From: the human T2T-CHM13v2.0 reference genome, Homo sapiens
Reading direction: 5' to 3' (one strand)
NCBI RefSeq assembly: GCF_009914755.1
Contig: NC_060929.1
DNA: 64,000 nucleotides
Shown: in pieces, positions 62,371-64,000 of the stretch
Position numbering within the stretch: the first letter of the stretch is position 1
Layout of the letters: each line of letters opens with the position of its first letter
Notes under the pieces: model-generated
Told to the model about the DNA's origin: nothing
Seen by the model: the letters and a program-made list of their open reading frames with translations, nothing else
The model's database searches: none
Position numbers and translations under genes: made by a program

Positions 62371-64000
62371 AGTAATAATAAAAGAAAGTGGGAGAAAAAT
62401 GCAGACCACTTTGGTTTAAATCTGTGTTAGGAGCTTACAAGTAGGGAGCTCTTAAGCAGGTTATTTAATATCTCAGCCTCATGTTACTCAGCTGTAATAT
62501 GTACTTATTAGTACCCAACTCATAGTGCTGTTGTGAAAAACAAGTTAATGCATGAAGCACCTGGCATCATGCAGCAAGCACTCATAAGTGTTAGGCTTGG
62601 GGGTTGTTGGGGAGGTGTCTTTTGTTTTCTGTAAACACTCAAGAAACCATTGAAATTTTCTATGCTGGGAAGCTGATGTTGAGGACTGCCTGTAGAATAG
62701 ACTGTCACTCAGAGAAGTTAGGGTCAGGAAGATAAGTTAGGACATTATTCTGAGAGGAATGTGGACATTGCTGTAGAGATAGGGGAGGTAATGATGGAAG
62801 AAGTGTTGATTAATGGGGAATATGAAGAGGAGCCTTGGAAGGAGAACAGGGTGCCTTGAATGAAGACCAGAAATGTTGGGGTTTGGGGGAGTAAGCACTG
62901 GAATCTTAAACTGATGAAAGAACTGTCTGGATTACTGAGATCATTTACCCCTTCCTCTCCAGCTCAAGATAGTCTTCGTGCTGACTGCCATACAAGAATC
63001 CTAACATCATTTCCTTTCTCCAAAGCAGAAAGTGGAGTTTTACACAGAAATTTACCTGCTAGCTACACTGCTGCCTTGACATTTTAAGTGGTACCTGCCC
63101 TTCTGCGTCAGACATTTCCCTCAAATGAGAAAGTGACAAGCTTCCCTAATGGGCGTTTGTTCGAATGTTCAACCAAGTGAGAACTCGGCTAGAGTGGGGA
63201 AATCTGGCGCCTGCTGAAGACAAAGGGAACATCAGCAACAAATATATTCAGAGCAATTATCTTGGGGACCTCCCACCCAGTGTCCCCTCCCTTAGCCAAG
63301 CAACATCTTCAGGAGGAAGGCTGAGCGCTGGCTGTCGTGCCTCCTCCCTGCCTCCTGCTGAGTCACCATAGCAAATTGCAGCAGACAAATAGAGCAGCCT
63401 CAAAATTGGCAAGATCAGGTCCTAGGGAGCACAAGCATTGGCCTTTTCAATTTGAAAATTTGAAAATTTCAATTTTTAAGACAAATTGGCATAAGACTCT
63501 CATAGAAGAAAGAACAGTAAAGGTCGTGTGGACCCATCTTGCTGTCCTGTGATTGAACCCCTTCTGTCATGTTGTTGCCATGTGGTTCCCTAGCTATGCT
63601 TCAAGCTTACATCCAGGGACAGGGAGCTCACCACTAAAACAGGGCTACCTGGTTAATTCAAGGGCTTAGAGCTAACCCATTAATTTTACAGCTGGAGAAT
63701 TCAAAGCTCCATGAGAAAGTGCCTTGCCTTTAATTGCCAGATGAGCCAGGGGCTGACCTTCCCATGTATTCTAGAACCCATCCTTGAGCACATTTACCAG
63801 GCAGAACATGATGGTTAAAAGGTCAGGTTCTCGTGGTGTCTGGCAGACCTGAGGGCAAAACCAATCTATTGCCCTCGGTCAAACTATTTTTTCTTTTTAA
63901 GTTCCAGGAGTTTTTTTTGACTAAAATATAGGGACAATAATTGTACCTACTTACTGGTTTGTCATAAGGATTACATGAGAAAATGATACAGCATACTTAT

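Overview
Primate (human-type) genomic DNA, not microbial. The first 25 kb hold a head-to-head gene pair sharing a CpG-island bidirectional promoter at about 5.7-6.3 kb. FAM114A2 is on the minus strand (non-coding exon 1 plus the first three coding exons; the gene runs off the left edge). The complete MFAP3 gene is on the plus strand (362-aa Ig-domain type-I membrane protein, about 3.7-kb 3'UTR). From recall this is the human 5q33 locus. The remaining ~39 kb are intergenic and dominated by transposon fossils: Alu, L1M, L2, MIR, MaLR/ERVL LTRs, two HERV-K-class solo LTRs, hAT and mariner elements. I found no new protein-coding system; almost all other ORFs in the track are repeat-derived or chance. 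The most unusual items are structural: (1) an old ~390-bp dispersed local duplication pasted into the middle of an MLT1 LTR; (2) a four-tier nested insertion MIR>L1MA>Alu>LTR22-like with target-site duplications readable at each nested level; (3) an unassigned poly(A)-tailed ~600-bp insert splitting an MLT1 LTR in MFAP3 intron 1; (4) a possible exon-2-skipped MFAP3 isoform whose start overlaps a uORF stop (ATGA). Repeat subfamily names are from memory of consensus sequences and need Dfam/RepeatMasker confirmation.
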